From positions 2,105 to 66,104 of the forward strand of contig CACPAS010000003.1 of the NCBI GenBank assembly GCA_902632055.1: a stretch of 64,000 nucleotides of DNA, in the 5' to 3' direction. The position numbers and the translations under genes are program-made. The stretch is from an uncultured OCS116 cluster bacterium (GTDB lineage Bacteria > Pseudomonadota > Alphaproteobacteria > Rhizobiales > TMED25). Positions 60,979 to 64,000 of this stretch are shown here, piece after piece (the stretch's first letter is position 1; each line of letters opens with the position of its first letter). The notes under the pieces are model-generated. The model worked only from the letters and a program-made list of their open reading frames with translations, was not told where the DNA came from and did no database searches.

Positions 60979-62340
60979 TTACGCAAAGTTTGAGCTAAGC
61001 CATTCATTTAAATCATTCTCAGCACGTTGTGCAATTCTATTTTTTTTCTCTATATCTCGGATTCTTTTAGGTTTCTTTCTAATATCGCTGATATTCATTT
61101 TTTCAAAAAGCCCAAAGTTAATGTTCATTGGCTGAAAATTTTTTACATCATCTTTTCGCGTAATATAGCTAATCAGACTACCCATGGCTGTTGTTTCAGG
61201 CGGTGGTATTTGATTTCTCATTTTTAATTTGTTATACGTCATTAGTGATGATATCAATCCCATTGATGTCGACTCAACGTATCCCTCAACTCCTGTAATC
61301 TGCCCAGCAAACTTAATTCTTTGATCTGAAATAAGACTTAGATTACTTAATAATAGCTTTGGGCTATTGATATATGTATTCCTGTGTATACCGCCCAGTC
61401 TCGCAAATCTGGCATTACAGAGTCCTGGGATTTTTTTAAAAATATCTGTTTGATGGCCGTATTTAATTTTCGTTTGAAATCCTACCATATTATATAATTG
61501 ACCAGTGATATCGTCCTGTCTTAGCTGAACAACCGCATATGGTTCATCACCTTTTTTATGCGGATTATTTAAACCAAAGGGTTTCATTGGTCCATGTCGT
61601 AGGGTTTGCGGTCCACTCCTTGCGATAACCTCAATTGGAAGGCAAGAGTCAAAGTAGGGGGTATCAATCTCCCAGTCATTAAAACTTGCCCGATCGGCAT
61701 CAATTAATTCATCGACAAATTGGAGGTATTGACTCTCATTCAAAGGGCAGTTGATGTAATCATTTAAAGATCCTGACGGCCCCACTTTGTTGTATCTTGA
61801 TTGAAACCATGCGGCGGACATGTCAATGGAGTCTGAGTAAATAATTGGTGCGATGGCATCAAAGAAATACAAAGAGTCATTAGAGCTTTTATTAAGAATA
61901 AATTTTGATAAAGGCTCAGATGTGAGAGGTCCAGTCGCAATAATAATATTTTCCCAATCATCCGGTATATTCTTTACCTCTTTCTGGATGAGCTTGATAT
62001 TTTTATGATCGCTTATGTGCTTGGTAACTTCCGCAGAGAATAAATTTCTGTCGACTGCAAGCGCCGATCCAGCTGGAACCTTATGCTTATCTGCAGCTTT
62101 CATGATGAGTGACCCACAAATTCTTAGCTCTTCGTGTAATATTCCAACTGCATTTGATAGTTTATCATCTGAACGGAATGAGTTTGAGCAGACTAGTTCA
62201 GCGAGTTCTGAGGTTTGATGTGCGGGGGTACTTTTTTCAGGACGCATTTCGTAAAGATCTACCTTTATACCCCGTTCCGCTAGTTGCCAGGCAGCTTCAC
62301 AACCGGCTAAACCCCCACCTATAATTTTAACTTGTGTCAT
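60979..62340 (-). CDS. trmFO: Methylenetetrahydrofolate--tRNA-(uracil-5-)-methyltransferase TrmFO (Gid)
   Basis: N-terminus IIGGGLAGCEAAWQLAERG, motifs CSNSFRSD and AGQITGVEGY.ES. Confidence 0.9.
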   Translation of the reverse strand: MTQVKIIGGGLAGCEAAWQLAERGIKVDLYEMRPEKSTPAHQTSELAELVCSNSFRSDDKLSNAVGILHEELRICGSLIMKAADKHKVPAGSALAVDRNLFSAEVTKHISDHKNIKLIQKEVKNIPDDWENIIIATGPLTSEPLSKFILNKSSNDSLYFFDAIAPIIYSDSIDMSAAWFQSRYNKVGPSGSLNDYINCPLNESQYLQFVDELIDADRASFNDWEIDTPYFDSCLPIEVIARSGPQTLRHGPMKPFGLNNPHKKGDEPYAVVQLRQDDITGQLYNMVGFQTKIKYGHQTDIFKKIPGLCNARFARLGGIHRNTYINSPKLLLSNLSLISDQRIKFAGQITGVEGYVESTSMGLISSLMTYNKLKMRNQIPPPETTAMGSLISYITRKDDVKNFQPMNINFGLFEKMNISDIRKKPKRIRDIEKKNRIAQRAENDLNEWLSSNFA

Positions 62341-62390
62341 TGCGAATCTTAATTAAATAATATTTAAGTCTTTTATATTACATTATAGAA

Positions 62391-63065
62391 ATGAATAAAT
62401 ATTTTTTATTAGTCTTTTATCTTATGCTACCCTTATTGATGGTCTCTTGCACGACCAGCTATTCACCAATGAATACTAAATACCCTAACCTCAATAGTTA
62501 TATGTCTGATATGGACATACTTGCAAATGATGATTCTGATGTTGTGGTGTGTTCTGGGTATAATTGTAACTTTAAAACCGAAATAAAATTTACTGATAGC
62601 GATCGTGAAATGATACATGATATATTCAATAAAAGAGACTTTCGTACACCTTACGAGGAAAGAGAAATGATTGCGGCTGCGGTTGCAAAAATCGAGAAAG
62701 TTGTTGGAATTATAGTCGGGACAGAAAACGACAAGGGCGGTGTCCTTGAAAATGAATTTATTGGTAATATTGAGAAACAAGATTGTGTCGATGAATCAGC
62801 TTCAACAACAAGTTACCTGAAGTATTTTCAAGATAATGAGTTAATATTCATGCACTCAATAGTTGTGCCACAATCAAGAGGCGCCCTAATAGATGGTCGC
62901 TGGCCTCACTTCAGTGCAACTATAAAAGATAAAAAAAATAAAAAGCAGTATGTCGTTGACTCATGGTATAGAGACAATGGGGAGCCACCCGTGATCATGG
63001 ATCTCCAAGACTGGGTTTATGACTGGAGAAGATCAAGTCAAGTAAGGGATGAGCAGCTCAATTAG
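62391..63065 (+). CDS. Uncharacterised lipoprotein (possible papain/transglutaminase-like Cys-His-Asp fold)
   Basis: Signal peptide plus lipobox (LLMVSC, Cys20). I recognise no family with confidence. Candidate triad: Cys132 (QDCVDES), His173 (WPHFSA), Asp190 (VVDSW). Confidence 0.6.
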   Translation: MNKYFLLVFYLMLPLLMVSCTTSYSPMNTKYPNLNSYMSDMDILANDDSDVVVCSGYNCNFKTEIKFTDSDREMIHDIFNKRDFRTPYEEREMIAAAVAKIEKVVGIIVGTENDKGGVLENEFIGNIEKQDCVDESASTTSYLKYFQDNELIFMHSIVVPQSRGALIDGRWPHFSATIKDKKNKKQYVVDSWYRDNGEPPVIMDLQDWVYDWRRSSQVRDEQLN

Positions 63066-64000
63066 TTAGAAGTTCTTTTAAGAATTTACCTGTATGACTG
63101 TTTTTTTGTTTCGCAATATCTTCCGGCGTGCCTTCTGCAATAATTTTACCACCATGATCTCCCCCTTCGGGCCCCATGTCAACAATCCAGTCTGCGCATT
63201 TTATGACATCAAGATTATGTTCAATTACAAGCACGCTATTTCCCTTATCAACCAGCTCATTAAGTATTTTTATTAACTTCTGAACATCATGAAAATGCAA
63301 ACCAGTCGTTGGTTCATCAAGAATATATAGAGTGTTACCCTTTGGCTTTCTTGATAGTTCTTTTGAGAGTTTTATTCTTTGGGCTTCGCCGCCAGATAAC
63401 GTGGTTGCAGATTGTCCAATTTTTATGTAGTCCAGCCCAACAGCTTGAAGCATCATTAATTTATCTCGAATTGCTGGTATTGCTTTGAAAAATTCTACAG
63501 CTTCAAAAACGGTCATCTCCAGTATGTCAGATATATTTTTATCTTTATACTTAACTTCCAGCGTCTCCCTGTTATACCTTTTTCCGTTACAAACATCACA
63601 AGTAACATAAACGTCCGATAGAAAGTGCATTTCAACCTTGATAAGTCCATCACCCTCACAATGTTCACATCTACCACCCTTTACGTTAAAAGAAAATCTA
63701 CCTGCTTTGTACCCTCGGGTTTTTGACTCAGGCAGACTGGCAAACCAGTCGCGTATTGGAGTGAAGGTACCTGTATAAGTAACAGGATTTGATCTCGGTG
63801 TTCGTCCAATTGGTGATTGATTGATCTCAATGATTTTATCAATATATTCATCACCAATCATATTATTGTAGTTATCAAAAACAATACCTGATCTTGAGAG
63901 CTTTGAATTTAGGCCTTGAAATAATATATTATTTATTAATGTTGACTTACCTGATCCTGACACACCGGTTATGCATAAAAGTAAACCGAGTGGAAATACT
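63058..64000 (-). CDS. uvrA: Excinuclease ABC subunit UvrA, C-terminal part (5' end lies beyond the window)
   Basis: Contains the second ABC module: the reading frame continues upstream of the ORF-track GTG (…[12 protein letters not shown] Walker A), with a zinc finger CEHCEGDG...CDVCNGKRY and the signature LSGGEAQR. Confidence 0.9.
   Translation of the reverse strand, partial: VFPLGLLLCITGVSGSGKSTLINNILFQGLNSKLSRSGIVFDNYNNMIGDEYIDKIIEINQSPIGRTPRSNPVTYTGTFTPIRDWFASLPESKTRGYKAGRFSFNVKGGRCEHCEGDGLIKVEMHFLSDVYVTCDVCNGKRYNRETLEVKYKDKNISDILEMTVFEAVEFFKAIPAIRDKLMMLQAVGLDYIKIGQSATTLSGGEAQRIKLSKELSRKPKGNTLYILDEPTTGLHFHDVQKLIKILNELVDKGNSVLVIEHNLDVIKCADWIVDMGPEGGDHGGKIIAEGTPEDIAKQKNSHTGKFLKELLTN

Overview
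This window is dense, AT-rich core chromosome (roughly one-third G+C by eye, not computed) from a streamlined alphaproteobacterium. The lineage is probably SAR11/Pelagibacterales-like or a similarly reduced marine group. That call is inferred from gene order, LpxI in place of LpxH, GAAC-N7-GAAC SOS operators and the AT-richness. I count about 65 protein genes and 3 tRNAs, nearly all housekeeping, in classic alphaproteobacterial synteny blocks. In order: bamE(partial)-cbp3-like-plsX-fabH-ihfA-merR; DUF2842; ctaA; metY; rplM-rpsI; argC; aminotransferase-hom-glpX-recJ; tRNA-Glu, tRNA-Pro, an NDUFS4-like gene, tRNA-Arg; a BMP-family ABC transporter; mrp-DUF971; metC; dnaE; rpsB-tsf-pyrH-frr-uppS-cdsA-dxr-rseP-bamA-lpxD-fabZ-lpxA-lpxI-lpxB. 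On the minus strand: gltA-gltX-lexA-moeA-moaC-trpC-trpD-trpG-trpE-ppiD. Then tpiA-secG-pyrG-serS-surE-nlpD; DUF815; yajC-secD-secF; trmFO; an uncharacterised lipoprotein; uvrA (partial). I saw no transposase, integrase, phage gene, CRISPR array, toxin-antitoxin pair or recognisable defence system, so this is an ordinary core region rather than an accessory island. The best unannotated signal is a near-consensus promoter whose 17-nt spacer is filled by an alphaproteobacterial LexA operator. It sits directly upstream of a 34-codon hydrophobic sORF and of dnaE, and the lexA promoter in the same window has the same architecture. Lesser curiosities: an NDUFS4-like gene tightly flanked by tRNAs, a Cys-less DUF971 protein next to Mrp, a lipoprotein with a possible Cys-His-Asp triad, nested inverted repeats ahead of the transporter binding-protein gene, and several convergent gene pairs with overlapping 3' ends. 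All calls come from reading the ORF track and sequence by eye; no searches were run.
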